Shown in pieces: positions 1 to 9,772 of a DNA stretch of 64,000 bases. A program made the position numbers and the translations under genes. This DNA is from Candidatus Omnitrophota bacterium. GTDB taxonomy: Bacteria > Omnitrophota > Omnitrophia > Omnitrophales > JACROU01. The notes beneath the pieces are model-generated. The model did not search any database, was not told where the DNA came from, and worked only from the letters and a program-made list of their open reading frames with translations. Each line of letters starts with the position of its first letter. Within the stretch, counting starts at the first letter, position 1. The stretch spans positions 301,126 to 365,125 of the forward strand of contig JAJDCD010000023.1 in the NCBI GenBank assembly GCA_029261035.1, in the 5' to 3' direction.

Positions 1-2
1 GA

Positions 3-449
3 CAACCTTCTTATAAAAAAGATAAAATAGATACTATTATTTGTATGAATGTGTTGGAGCATATTAAGGATGATTTGTTTGCATTACGCCAGCTGCATTC
101 TATGTTAGAAGATGATGGGAAGTTATTGCTTTTGGTTCCTGCCCATCAATTTTTATTTGGGACCTTAGATACAGCCTTAGGGCATTTCCGCCGTTATAAT
201 CATAAAAATTTACCTCCGAAACTTATTCGTTCGGGGTTCGCAATTGAAAAAATGTTTTATTTTAATCGGTTTGCCACATTAGGTTGGTGGTTGAATGGAC
301 GTGTTTTAAAAAAAGAGATTCTTCCTGAAGGTCAACTGTCCCTTTTTGGACAGTTAGTTCCAGTGCTTTCTATTTTGGATAAAATCCTCGCTTTTCCTTT
401 TGGTATTTCTATTATTGCTGTTGCTCGTAAAGTAACAGTGAACTACTAG
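3..449 (+). CDS. Class I SAM-dependent methyltransferase, C-terminal part (5' end lies before the window)
   Basis: Frame open from position 3 (QPSYKKDKIDTIICMNVLEH); motifs NVLEHI, LLLVPAH, GHFRRY. Confidence 0.75.
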   Translation, partial: QPSYKKDKIDTIICMNVLEHIKDDLFALRQLHSMLEDDGKLLLLVPAHQFLFGTLDTALGHFRRYNHKNLPPKLIRSGFAIEKMFYFNRFATLGWWLNGRVLKKEILPEGQLSLFGQLVPVLSILDKILAFPFGISIIAVARKVTVNY

Positions 450-465
450 TATTGGAGTTCTTCTA

Positions 466-1731
466 ATGACAGATGACAACATAATAGAATTAACAATAGA
501 CGCTTTGGCTTATGGCGGAGAAGGCGTTGCTCGACATGACGGAAAAGTATATTTCGTTTTTGGAGCTCTTCCCGGAGAAACCGTAAAAGCTCGTCTTACT
601 CAAGAGAAAAAAAGTTTTAATCGTGCAGAAACCGTCGAAGTGGTGAAAGCTTCTCCAGATCGAGTGGAGCCACCGTGTGCTTATTTTGGGGAGTGTGGGG
701 GGTGTCAATTACAGCATTTGAATTATCATCAGCAAATCGTTTGGAAAGAGAAGTGGCTGAAAGACCTCATAGACAAAATAGGACATATCTCTGAAATTTC
801 TGTGGAGCCTCTGCAAGCTTCTCCTCGTGAGTATGAATATAGAAATCGAATTAGCTTAACGGTATCTCAAGATAGAAAAGGATCATTCCGGCAAGGCTTT
901 CTTTCTAGAGACAATAAGTCGTTGGTTCCTATTTCAGGATGTTCTATCGCGCACTCTTCCATCAATCAATTTATGAAAGAAGTTGCAGAGAAACGGCTTT
1001 TCCCAGAGATTGTTGGGCCCCATTTGCGGCACAAATTAAAGTTGGATATTGTGACAAATGAAGATGAAGTGCTTATTTTGCCATGGAGAAAAGTGCAGGA
1101 AAAAAGAAAGAGCAGATATACTTTTAAAGAGGATGAGATTCTTACTAAAAAAGTGGGACAGTATCAATTTTGTTTTTCTCCTCATGTTTTTTTTCAAACT
1201 AATTTTTACCTCACTCCTCAATTGCTGACAACGGTAGAAAGGTTCCTTTTTCACGGGAAAGAGGCTTCTCCAAGTGAAGAGTCGGCGCTATTTGATCTTT
1301 ATTCTGGAGTAGGACTTTTCGGAATATCTCTTTCGCCTTACGTTAAAAAAGTAGTTGGGTTAGAAGAAAATAAAGGTTCTCACCAATACGCTATTCATAA
1401 CATAAAGAAAAATAAGATCGAAAATGTATTGGCGTACTCCGGAAAAGTGGAAAGACAGTTCCCTAAATTATTCGAACGTCATAAACAAAAAAATAACTAC
1501 GTAATAGTGGATCCTCCTCGACAAGGGTTAGAAGCGGATTTAGTGGAAGCAATTAAAACCTTAAAAGAAGACATTCGGTCTATGGTTTATATTTCTTGCG
1601 AACCTTCCATTCTGGCAAGAGATCTGGATCGATTAAAAGAAGCAGGGTTTCACCCGAAACAAATAGCCCCATTCGACTTATTCCCACAAACGAAATTCTT
1701 CGAAACTATTGTCCTCTTAGAAAAGTCTTAG
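466..1731 (+). CDS. rlmD: 23S rRNA (uracil-5)-methyltransferase, RlmD/TrmA family, with TRAM domain
   Basis: TRAM start (LAYGGEGVAR), CxxxxxCGGC Fe-S motif, FFQTN, DLYSGVG, VDPPR, YISC, DLFPQT. Confidence 0.9.
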   Translation: MTDDNIIELTIDALAYGGEGVARHDGKVYFVFGALPGETVKARLTQEKKSFNRAETVEVVKASPDRVEPPCAYFGECGGCQLQHLNYHQQIVWKEKWLKDLIDKIGHISEISVEPLQASPREYEYRNRISLTVSQDRKGSFRQGFLSRDNKSLVPISGCSIAHSSINQFMKEVAEKRLFPEIVGPHLRHKLKLDIVTNEDEVLILPWRKVQEKRKSRYTFKEDEILTKKVGQYQFCFSPHVFFQTNFYLTPQLLTTVERFLFHGKEASPSEESALFDLYSGVGLFGISLSPYVKKVVGLEENKGSHQYAIHNIKKNKIENVLAYSGKVERQFPKLFERHKQKNNYVIVDPPRQGLEADLVEAIKTLKEDIRSMVYISCEPSILARDLDRLKEAGFHPKQIAPFDLFPQTKFFETIVLLEKS

Positions 1732-1733
1732 CT

Positions 1734-1802
1734 TGTCATCCTGAACGGAGAGAAGGATTTTAGCCTCAGAGATTCTTCGTCGTTGCACTCCTCAGAATGA
1801 CA
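1734..1802. repeat. REP-like palindrome, GTCAT...ATGAC family
   Basis: tgtcatcctgaac..gaaggat..agattcttcgtcg..ctcctcagaatgaca; similar copies at 6816, 9624, 37627. Confidence 0.85.
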
Positions 1803-1814
1803 CTATACTGCTGT

Positions 1815-3179
1815 TTAGAGTTCTATAATGGGGTCAGGCTTATGAATCGCCAGAAACTGCCCCATAGAAGCATTTAGTTCTTCCTTAACACGGGTTAGTT
1901 TTCGACGGCTTTTAGTCTCGTACAAACACCAAGACTTAAAAGAACTGCGGACGAGATGGAGTTGATATAAATTCTTCCATTGTTTGGAAGGAATAGAATA
2001 AAGCCCTTTCAGCTCTTCGAATTTTCTCTTACTTTTCCACAACGGAATTCCTAAAAAAGAACTTCTTTTTTCTGCGATGTGACTTTCTGGAAAAAGGTGG
2101 ATAGAAGAGTGGCTTAGTATTGCGATTCCTAAAAAGACAGATGTTAGAGCGGGCATAAAATAAATCCAGTTCCAATTGTCTTTTTCTAGGAATGGAAATG
2201 AGATCCAAGGGAAGACACCCAATCGACTAACAAGTTCTGCAGTAGGATAAGGGAAGAAGCTTAAAAATAAAGAAACAAAAAACATCAGAGCAATAATTAA
2301 GTGAAGTTTAAAAGAAAAAGAGGGTGAAGATACAACACTATCTTTTTCAATGCGTACATGGGGCTTTGGAAGCAGAGGGGCTTTAAGTTTCAATTTGTAT
2401 TTTGCTTTACTCATCTCTTTTGTGATTTTTCTTTGCACTTTTTTAATAGGAACATCGTGTTGAAATTCTCCGTGCGAAGCAATGGAAACCTCTCCGGTAT
2501 CGCCAGAAACAATAATCACAAGAGCATCTGTTTTTTCAGACAAACCTAATCCAGCGCGATACCGAGCTCCTAAAGATTCTGAAACTTCATGATTTTCCGA
2601 TTCGGGAAACACACAACGACAAGCTGCAATTCGTTGATGGGCGATGATAACCCCACCTTCATGAGTAGGAGCGTCCGGAGTAAAAAGGGAAGAAAGAACT
2701 TCTTTTGTAATTTCCCCCTTAACTAAAATTCCAGATTCAATATATTTAGAGAGAGAAATGTGTCTTTCAATAGCAATTAAAGCACCGGTCTTATTTTTAG
2801 AAAGCAATTTTACTGTTTGTTGAATTTCGGAGGCAACCCGAGAGAAAAAAAGTTTTCCAATATATTCTTTTCTCTTTCTTTCAAATCCATGAATGAAAGG
2901 ACTAATAACAAAAAAACCCATTACTAAAGAGACCAACAAAATTCGCTTCTCATTTGTTTGTTGCCACAGATCAAATTCCCAAATAATAGGAGCGAGAAAA
3001 ACAGCAGAAGAAGCTATCAAAAGAAGTGGAGTGATCCACGTTTTACGAGTCAGAATATAGCGAGTACAAAAAAGGGCTACCAATAAGGTAATAAGGCACT
3101 GAATCCCTAACGTATAATTTGGATTACTAAAAGACCATGTTTCAAGCGTCATTCTAAACAATCTCCTTTTCAAATCCAT
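1815..3179 (-). CDS. Membrane-anchored DisA_N/CdaA-like diadenylate cyclase-domain protein with non-canonical catalytic motifs and extra C-terminal TM domain
   Basis: KTGALIAIER, LFTPDAPTHEGGVII, LGARYRAGLGLSEKTDALVIIVS match the DAC fold; 3 N-terminal and 2 C-terminal hydrophobic segments. Confidence 0.8.
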   Translation of the reverse strand: MDLKRRLFRMTLETWSFSNPNYTLGIQCLITLLVALFCTRYILTRKTWITPLLLIASSAVFLAPIIWEFDLWQQTNEKRILLVSLVMGFFVISPFIHGFERKRKEYIGKLFFSRVASEIQQTVKLLSKNKTGALIAIERHISLSKYIESGILVKGEITKEVLSSLFTPDAPTHEGGVIIAHQRIAACRCVFPESENHEVSESLGARYRAGLGLSEKTDALVIIVSGDTGEVSIASHGEFQHDVPIKKVQRKITKEMSKAKYKLKLKAPLLPKPHVRIEKDSVVSSPSFSFKLHLIIALMFFVSLFLSFFPYPTAELVSRLGVFPWISFPFLEKDNWNWIYFMPALTSVFLGIAILSHSSIHLFPESHIAEKRSSFLGIPLWKSKRKFEELKGLYSIPSKQWKNLYQLHLVRSSFKSWCLYETKSRRKLTRVKEELNASMGQFLAIHKPDPIIEL

Positions 3180-3365
3180 TATATCGTCTAAACAGCTATG
3201 AATGTTTAATTTAACCTTTTAATTGTGATTCTGAGTGCAGCCGAAGGCCCTTGAGAAAGGAACTATCTGTGCCACCCCCTCCTTAGAGAGGAGAGGGGAT
3301 TTGGTCTAGGGCTCCTTGATTTCGTGGTTATGGGAGCTTTACTAGGGGTTTCCTCGTTTTTCCCC

Positions 3366-3394
3366 TTGAAAGGCGGGGGGTGTAGGCGTATACT
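3366..3394 (+). promoter_or_regulatory. Putative sigma70 promoter
   Basis: TTGAAA-17 nt-TATACT upstream of CDS 3485. Confidence 0.55.
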
Positions 3395-3484
3395 AACCTA
3401 TCTTTAGATATGGATATCTTGCCGGTTTATCTCAAGGTTTTTGAGGTTTTTAATTAACAATTAAATAATAAGGGAGTACAAGAG

Positions 3485-3946
3485 ATGAGTATTAGAAAAA
3501 TGGTTTTATTTCTTGTCGTTGGAGCACTTTCTTTAGGTGTTTCAGGGTGTGTTAGTAATGCAAAATATAATAAAAATACCAATTTAATGCGTTCTCAATT
3601 ACAACTACTTCAAACAGATATTGATAGTTTGAGAACAGGACAACAAAAAGTTGAAGACAACTTGTTAGAAGTCTCTAAAACAAGCTCTTCAAGTGCAGTT
3701 ATTTCTGACACAAAAGAAATTTACCGTACTCCTTCTGGATTCACCCTTGCTTCTCGTGACATCCAAGCAGCTTTAAAAAATTCTGGGTACTACAATGGCC
3801 CTGTTGATGGAAAAATTGGTCCTTTAACAAAAACATCTCTCAAACGTTTCCAAGAAGATAACGGTTTAGTTCCTGATGGTGTTTGTGGTCGTAACACATG
3901 GGACAAGTTAAATGCATTTCTTCAAAGTCCTTCTCGCGTAAAATAA
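3485..3946 (+). CDS. Lipoprotein with coiled coil and peptidoglycan-binding domain
   Basis: Lipobox VSGC; IQAALKNSGYYNGPVDGKIGPLT..FQEDNGLVPDGVCGRNTW is PG_binding_1-like. Confidence 0.85.
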   Translation: MSIRKMVLFLVVGALSLGVSGCVSNAKYNKNTNLMRSQLQLLQTDIDSLRTGQQKVEDNLLEVSKTSSSSAVISDTKEIYRTPSGFTLASRDIQAALKNSGYYNGPVDGKIGPLTKTSLKRFQEDNGLVPDGVCGRNTWDKLNAFLQSPSRVK

Positions 3947-4028
3947 TTTTTAAGTTTGTCTTAAGAGACTTGAGGAATAAGTGTTTAAACTCATCCTCAA
4001 GTCTTTGGACATTAGTTTGGAGTATTAG

Positions 4029-4739
4029 ATGAAAACTATTTTTATTCGTTTCTCTTTATTTGTTCTTCCCTTAATTTTTCTTACCACAGGTTGTTCCTCT
4101 ACAAAATCTCAGTTGGAATATGAAAATACACTTCTTAAAGGACGCATCTCTCAGTTAGAGCGTTTACATCAAGATGACCTTAGAAGAACCAAGATTGATA
4201 AGGAATTACAAATTAATTCGTTAAAGTCTAGTAACCGTGGTTTGATGGATAAAGCATCCGGACTTGAGTTATCCAGAGATGAGTTAGCACGATCTTTGGC
4301 TCAAGAAATAGCGGGTTATCAAGCTAAATTGGAGCTTTCCAACCGAGGGCTCGTAGTTACTTTCTTACAAGATATCCTATTTGACTCTGGAAAAGCTGAG
4401 ATTAAAGAGGGTGCTTTTTCTGCCCTTTCTAATGTGGCGGGAGTTATTCGAGATAAAGCAAAAGACCATATGTTGGTTATCGAAGGATATACAGACAACA
4501 CTCCAATCAGGCATTCTAATTGGAAAACAAATTGGGATTTGTCTTCAGCAAGAGCGTTGAGTGTTTTTCATTATTTTGTTGAAAAAGAATCTATCGATCC
4601 TAGTCGCTTATCTGTGATGGGTAATGGCTCTAATCGTCCTCTAGCTTCGAATGATGATGCCGCAGGACGAAAACAAAATCGACGTGTTGAAATCGTAATT
4701 TTTCCTGAAAAAATAAAGCGCGTTGCAGCAGTAAGATAA
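4029..4739 (+). CDS. OmpA/MotB family lipoprotein
   Basis: Lipobox TTGC; ILFDSGKA, IEGYTDN, NWDLSSARA, NRRVEI. Confidence 0.9.
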   Translation: MKTIFIRFSLFVLPLIFLTTGCSSTKSQLEYENTLLKGRISQLERLHQDDLRRTKIDKELQINSLKSSNRGLMDKASGLELSRDELARSLAQEIAGYQAKLELSNRGLVVTFLQDILFDSGKAEIKEGAFSALSNVAGVIRDKAKDHMLVIEGYTDNTPIRHSNWKTNWDLSSARALSVFHYFVEKESIDPSRLSVMGNGSNRPLASNDDAAGRKQNRRVEIVIFPEKIKRVAAVR

Positions 4740-4770
4740 AAATATTTTTTGTTCAGAGTGTGATAGTCCT

Positions 4771-4883
4771 GTCATTGCGAGACTTCAACAATAAGGTCGC
4801 GGTAATCTCATACATCGGAAAGATAGAAGCAAAACCGTTTGCATGAGATTGCCACGGCCCTTATGCAGTAGCCTCGCAATGAC
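4771..4883. repeat. REP-like palindrome, GTCATTGCGAG...CTCGCAATGAC subfamily
   Basis: gtcattgcgag..gtaatctc / gagattgccacgg..ctcgcaatgac; similar copies at 19188, 29440, 33346. Confidence 0.85.
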
Positions 4884-4911
4884 GGATGCTCATGCTGCTA
4901 AAATAATGGAT

Positions 4912-4940
4912 AGGCGGGTTTATTTAAACCCGCCTTTTTC
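4912..4940 (+). terminator. Putative intrinsic terminator
   Basis: aggcgggttt-attt-aaacccgcct stem followed by a T run. Confidence 0.55.
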
Positions 4941-4952
4941 TGTTGAGGCCTT

Positions 4953-6794
4953 ATGAAAAAACCTCTTTTGATTTTTGATGGGGCATGCCACTTTTGTTGT
5001 CGGTGGATTCAGTATTGGAAACGTTTAACAGAACCCCATATTAATTTTGCCCCCTATCAAGATGTGTCTTCGGAATATCCTCAGATTGAAAAAGAACAAT
5101 TCAAACAATCTATTATTTTAATTGATGAAACAGGGGCTTCTTACAAAGCTGCGCATGCTGTTTTTAAAATGCTGTCACGAGTGAAAAAGAAGCCATGGCT
5201 TCTAAACTTGTATTACCGACTTCCTGGGTTTAAGCAGGTATCCGAATTTGCCTACCAAGTTGTTGCTCGCTTTAGACCTTTCTTCTCTTTATGCACCGAT
5301 CTTTTTTGGGGAAAAGATGTAGGCCCTTTCAGTTACTCATCTGCGGCATGGCTTTTTTTAAGGGTCATGGGATTAATTTATGCGATTGCCTTTATATCCT
5401 TAGGAACTCAGATTTTGGGGTTGGTTGGGGCGGAGGGGATATTGCCCGTTAATTTATTGCTAGAGGCGGTTGAAACGCAGATGGGACTAGAGAAGTATCT
5501 GTTTTTCCCTACGCTGCTTTGGGTGAATACAAGTGATGCTTTTCTGCTTATTTTATGTTTTGGAGGAGCTATTTTATCCCTTTTATTGGCGTATGGTTTT
5601 GCTCCTGTTTTATTGTCCTTTGTGGTGTGGTTTTTTTATCTTTCTTTAACGGTGGCTGGGGGTGAGTTTTTAACATTTCAATGGGATATTTTGTTATTAG
5701 AAACAGGATTTTTAACTATTCTTTTAAGTTCTTTTCACCTTTCACCAAAGAAAGCTTCCGATCTTAATTATTCCATAGCTATTATTTGGTTGTTTCGGCT
5801 GTTGCTTTTTAAACTTATGTTTTTATCAGGGTCTGTAAAGTTATTGAGCGGAGATATTTCGTGGCAAAACCTGACAGCTCTTCTTTTTCATTATGAGACA
5901 CAACCCTTACCCACTGTATTGGGATGGTATGCGCATCAGTTGCCTGTATGGTTTCAAAAAATTTCTGTAGTTCTTATGTTTGTGATTGAATTAATAGTAC
6001 CTTTCTTTATTTTTGGGCCGAGAAGATTACGTTTAATTGCAGCGAGCTTATTTATCTTTTTCCAAATTTTAATTATGCTCACCGGAAACTATTGTTTTTT
6101 TAACTTGCTAGCGATTGCTTTATGCCTTTTTCTAATCGATGATGACTTCTTCAAAGGGGCCAGGCCCTTTAGGGGCCTGGCCCCTTTGACGGAGGGGGTT
6201 GGGCGGAAAAAATCAGGGGTATGGCCTCAATGGGTTATTCGACCTTTTTTTATTTTAGTTTTGCTTGTAACGATGTCTCAGTTTACAACTTTATTTAGAA
6301 TTTCGATTCCTTTTTCTCAACCCTTGATGATTGTTCGAGGTATTTTATCCCCTTTCTATATTACGAATACTTATGGACTGTTCTCGGTGATGACTCAGGG
6401 GAGGCCTGAGATTGAGGTTGAGGGATCTCGAGATGGAACACAATGGTTTCCGTATAAATTTAAATATAAACCAGATGATTTATCACAGAGGCCTCGCTTT
6501 ACCTTATTTCATCAACCTCGGCTTGATTGGCAGCTGTGGTTTGCGGCGTTAGGGCGTTTTCAAGATAATCCTTGGTTTTTTAATTTTTGTTCCCGTTTGC
6601 TGCAAGGTTCTCCAGAGGTTTTGAAGTTATTAGAAGAAAATCCTTTTGAGGAGCGCCCTCCTCGGTATGTGAGAGCTAGTCTTTACCAGTACCGTTTTTC
6701 TAATTTTAAAATAAAAGAAAAAACAGGAAATTGGTGGCAACGAGAATATCTAGGCAGGTACTCTCCCATCCTTCCTCCTATAGATAAATCATAG
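4953..6794 (+). CDS. Lipase maturation factor family membrane protein with N-terminal DCC1-like (DUF393) domain
   Basis: FDGACHFC at N-terminus; FQWDILLLETGF, HYETQPLP, YGLFSVMT, HQPRLDWQLWF LMF motifs. Confidence 0.9.
   Translation: MKKPLLIFDGACHFCCRWIQYWKRLTEPHINFAPYQDVSSEYPQIEKEQFKQSIILIDETGASYKAAHAVFKMLSRVKKKPWLLNLYYRLPGFKQVSEFAYQVVARFRPFFSLCTDLFWGKDVGPFSYSSAAWLFLRVMGLIYAIAFISLGTQILGLVGAEGILPVNLLLEAVETQMGLEKYLFFPTLLWVNTSDAFLLILCFGGAILSLLLAYGFAPVLLSFVVWFFYLSLTVAGGEFLTFQWDILLLETGFLTILLSSFHLSPKKASDLNYSIAIIWLFRLLLFKLMFLSGSVKLLSGDISWQNLTALLFHYETQPLPTVLGWYAHQLPVWFQKISVVLMFVIELIVPFFIFGPRRLRLIAASLFIFFQILIMLTGNYCFFNLLAIALCLFLIDDDFFKGARPFRGLAPLTEGVGRKKSGVWPQWVIRPFFILVLLVTMSQFTTLFRISIPFSQPLMIVRGILSPFYITNTYGLFSVMTQGRPEIEVEGSRDGTQWFPYKFKYKPDDLSQRPRFTLFHQPRLDWQLWFAALGRFQDNPWFFNFCSRLLQGSPEVLKLLEENPFEERPPRYVRASLYQYRFSNFKIKEKTGNWWQREYLGRYSPILPPIDKS
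6151..6189. repeat. 39-nt palindrome inside the LMF gene (GCCAGGCC family)
   Basis: Perfect 17-bp stem tcaaaggggccaggccc / gggcctggcccctttga with a 5-nt loop. Confidence 0.8.
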
Positions 6795-6815
6795 AGCGAG
6801 ATTCTATTATAGGAA

Positions 6816-6898
6816 TGTCATCCTGAGTGTAAGGAAGGATCTAAGACAAATTTTAAAGTCATTATAGATTTCTCGTCGTTATAATCCTCAAAATGACA
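6816..6898. repeat. REP-like palindrome, GTCAT...ATGAC family
   Basis: tgtcatcctgag..gaaggatct..agatttctcgtcg..cctcaaaatgaca. Confidence 0.8.
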
Positions 6899-6905
6899 AT
6901 AAAAA

Positions 6906-7742
6906 ATGGCATTAAGCATTACAGAAAAGGAAATTATGAATCTTCGTGTTGTTTCATTAAATTGTTGGAGCGAAGGGAAAGACTATGAAAAACGATGGCC
7001 TTTTCTTATTGAGCAATTAATCGGGTTAAAGCCGGATGTTATTTGTCTTCAAGAAGTATTTGAAAGAAGCAAAGCTATTTTAATCCAAAAAGCTCTTAAG
7101 CTACCAACGTTAGTTTATTCGAAAGATAAAGGAGGGCTTTGTCTCCTAAGTCGTTTTCCAAAAGAAAAGAGTAGCACCCATTCTTTAAAAACAATTTCTC
7201 CTATAGAAAAAGAGTCTCGTTTTGTATTGTGGGCACAACTTAAAATCAAAAGACAGAATTTTGATTTCTATGTTACTCATTTAACTTGGCGCCCTAAGGA
7301 AGCTTTTATTCGCCAAAAACAAGTTTTAGAGCTAACTCAATGGATAGAGCAAAAGAATGAAGGGGTCAAACGGGCTGTGCTGACGGGGGATATGAATTCT
7401 ATTTCCACATCCGATGAAATGTTATTTTTGATTGGGCGAAAGAGTTTAGGCTCGGTTTCAATAGCAAATCCATGGAAAGACTCCTTTGCTGAAAAGCACC
7501 AACTTTATGAGAATAAAAATAAAATAAAAGAAAACAAGAAAACACATACTTGGTCCTATGACAATAAATACACACACCGTGCAGATTTACCCGCAAGACG
7601 GATTGATTATTTATATTATTGGTTGCCGGAAACAGAAAAATCCGTTAAATTAAAACAATCTCAAAGGTGTTTTACAGATAAGCACCCAGAAGGTTTTTGT
7701 GCTTCGGATCATTTTGGTGTTGTGACCGATTTTGAGATGTAG
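6906..7742 (+). CDS. Endonuclease/exonuclease/phosphatase family protein (start may be 6936)
   Basis: VSLN, DVICLQEV, VTHL, GDMN, RIDY, SDH motifs. Confidence 0.9.
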   Translation: MALSITEKEIMNLRVVSLNCWSEGKDYEKRWPFLIEQLIGLKPDVICLQEVFERSKAILIQKALKLPTLVYSKDKGGLCLLSRFPKEKSSTHSLKTISPIEKESRFVLWAQLKIKRQNFDFYVTHLTWRPKEAFIRQKQVLELTQWIEQKNEGVKRAVLTGDMNSISTSDEMLFLIGRKSLGSVSIANPWKDSFAEKHQLYENKNKIKENKKTHTWSYDNKYTHRADLPARRIDYLYYWLPETEKSVKLKQSQRCFTDKHPEGFCASDHFGVVTDFEM

Positions 7743-7778
7743 CAACAAGAAACGAGTCTTTTTAACCATAGGAAATAG

Positions 7779-8156
7779 ATGAAACAACATACAATCTTAT
7801 TTTTAGCTTTATGGATGCCTTTGATGTTCGGCTGCCAAACCTTGCAGCCTGTAAGTGAAAGTGCTTTTCCAAAATTTAAAATTGAGAAGGATAGTGTTGT
7901 TAAGGTGTTTTCTGGAACCCCAGAGATTTTATATCCAAAAGCTATGGAAGCGGTGCGTTTTAGAGGGGTTGTCACAAAGCAGTATAAAGAGCTCGGAGAA
8001 TTTGAAGCTTTGATCGAAAATATTAATGTACGCGTACGTATTCAAAGCGTTTCTGATTCTTCCAGTCAGATTAAAGTATCTGCCAGAAAAGATTTAATTC
8101 CTCAGATTAAAACGGCAGAAAATATTCTAACTGTCATTGCTAGCCAAATAAAGTAA
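7779..8156 (+). CDS. Lipoprotein (DUF3568-like)
   Basis: Lipobox MFGC; short alpha/beta body. Confidence 0.55.
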   Translation: MKQHTILFLALWMPLMFGCQTLQPVSESAFPKFKIEKDSVVKVFSGTPEILYPKAMEAVRFRGVVTKQYKELGEFEALIENINVRVRIQSVSDSSSQIKVSARKDLIPQIKTAENILTVIASQIK

Positions 8157-8160
8157 ACAG

Positions 8161-9201
8161 ATGCCTCAAACTCCTTTTTCTCAATATTATAAAAAGAATG
8201 TTCATAGCTGGACTACTCTTGGTGAGTGGCAATTACCAAAAGAATTCTCGGATTGGGAAGAAGAGTATTCTGTTGGCATCCAAGACGTTGCTTTGATAGA
8301 TCTTTCTTTTAGAGGCCATATTAAAATTGAAGGAAGTGATCGCGTTGATTTTCTTCAAAGACTTTTAACTATTGATATTAAGGCGATGAATTTAGGGGAC
8401 TTTAAAACAGGGTGTTGGCTTACTGGGCGTGGTTGTATCCGATTTGTTTTAGACGTTTTGGTTTTAGAAAAAGAAATTTGGTTAGATACGCACGAGACAA
8501 ATCCAGAGGAAGTAAAACAAGCTTTTGAAGCGATGCATTTTTCTGAAGATATTAAATGTGAAACAAACGGAGCTGTATCTTCAATAATGATTGTAGGAAA
8601 TAAATCTTCAGAGGTGTTGAAAGAAGTTTTTAATATAGAAGAGCTTCCAAAAGTTCAAGGGAGTAAAAAGGTATTTTTTGATAATGAACAAATAGTTTTA
8701 ATTAACGAAAAAAGCATTTCTGAAAATGCTTACCAGCTTTGGGTTTATGAAGAAAGTGCCTCTAAGCTCATATCGAAGTTGTTAAAACATACAAAGTTGT
8801 GGATGGGGTTTAAAGCCTTGAATGCAGTGAGAGTCCAAAAGAAATATCCTCTAATGGGACAAGACATAAAAGAAACGACGCAGTTTTCTGATTTAGGTTT
8901 TGATGAATGGGCTAACTACAATAAAGGTTGTTATGCGGGACAAGAGGTTGTTAACCGCATTAGAAACTTAGGACATCCTGCAAAATTATGGACAGCTATA
9001 TCTTCTCAGGAAGAAATCTCGTTGGATTCTAAAATGCATGTCGATAATAAAGAGGTTGGGTGGATCACAAGCAGTACTTTTTTACCTAAGGAGAAAAACT
9101 ATTTGTCGCTGGGCTATTTGAAATATGATTACTGTCGTCAGGGGCAGAAACTTCAGGTGTTATCCGAAGCGAAAGTAATAGAAGCCACTGTCATTGTATG
9201 A
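8161..9201 (+). CDS. YgfZ/GcvT-family folate-binding protein
   Basis: DLSFRGHI..G.DRVDFLQ, KGCYAGQEVV signature, VGWITSS. Confidence 0.85.
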   Translation: MPQTPFSQYYKKNVHSWTTLGEWQLPKEFSDWEEEYSVGIQDVALIDLSFRGHIKIEGSDRVDFLQRLLTIDIKAMNLGDFKTGCWLTGRGCIRFVLDVLVLEKEIWLDTHETNPEEVKQAFEAMHFSEDIKCETNGAVSSIMIVGNKSSEVLKEVFNIEELPKVQGSKKVFFDNEQIVLINEKSISENAYQLWVYEESASKLISKLLKHTKLWMGFKALNAVRVQKKYPLMGQDIKETTQFSDLGFDEWANYNKGCYAGQEVVNRIRNLGHPAKLWTAISSQEEISLDSKMHVDNKEVGWITSSTFLPKEKNYLSLGYLKYDYCRQGQKLQVLSEAKVIEATVIV

Positions 9202-9250
9202 TGGGGTATAATTAAATTATTAATAACTACAGCAAAAAGGGTAATGACTT

Positions 9251-9589
9251 ATGCCAAAAGTAAGATTTTTAGATCAAGCGCAAGAAATTGAAGTAATTGA
9301 AGGAGCCAACCTTCGAGATGAAGCCCGTAAGGCTGGCATTGAAGTATATGAAGGAATTCATAAATGGGTTAATTGTATGGGACATGCAACTTGTGGGACT
9401 TGTCGAGTCCTTGTAAAAAATGACACTGTTAAAAATTGTTCTCCTAAAACATTTTTAGAAAAAGCTCGACTTGCTCTAGGGTTTGAAAATATAGGACATG
9501 AGGAAGAAATGAGGTTGAGTTGCCAAGTGAAGGTTATGGGAGACCTGGATGTTGAGACAACCCCCGCTTTTAATTGGAATGGAAAGTAA
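9251..9589 (+). CDS. 2Fe-2S ferredoxin
   Basis: CMGHATCGTC ... RLSCQ. Confidence 0.9.
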   Translation: MPKVRFLDQAQEIEVIEGANLRDEARKAGIEVYEGIHKWVNCMGHATCGTCRVLVKNDTVKNCSPKTFLEKARLALGFENIGHEEEMRLSCQVKVMGDLDVETTPAFNWNGK

Positions 9590-9623
9590 GGAAGACAGCT
9601 TTTAGTGTAGTAACAAAAAATCT

Positions 9624-9717
9624 TGTCATCCTGAACGCAGTGCCTGCCCGCCGTCTTGTTGGGTGGGAAAGATCTTAGCTGTAGAGATTCTTCGGTGCTT
9701 GGCTTTTCAGAAGGACA
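9624..9717. repeat. REP-like palindrome carrying a 25-nt nested insertion (9643-9667)
   Basis: tgtcatcctgaacgcagtg[cctgcccgccgtcttgttgggtggg]aaagatct..agattcttcgg..tcagaaggaca. Confidence 0.75.
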
Positions 9718-9726
9718 CTCTTTACC

Positions 9727-9755
9727 AAAAGCTAAGAACTAAAAACTAATAGCTA
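9727..9755. repeat. Degenerate 7-mer tandem repeat
   Basis: aaaagct aagaact aaaaact aatagct; related tracts at 19141, 20216, 25539, 54687. Confidence 0.6.
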
Positions 9756-9772
9756 CAGACAAAGGAAACGCA

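Noticed and set aside
3966-4004. Hairpin agacttgagga/tcctcaagtct as a new repeat family
   Set aside because: Single copy in the window; more simply an intercistronic stem or weak terminator.
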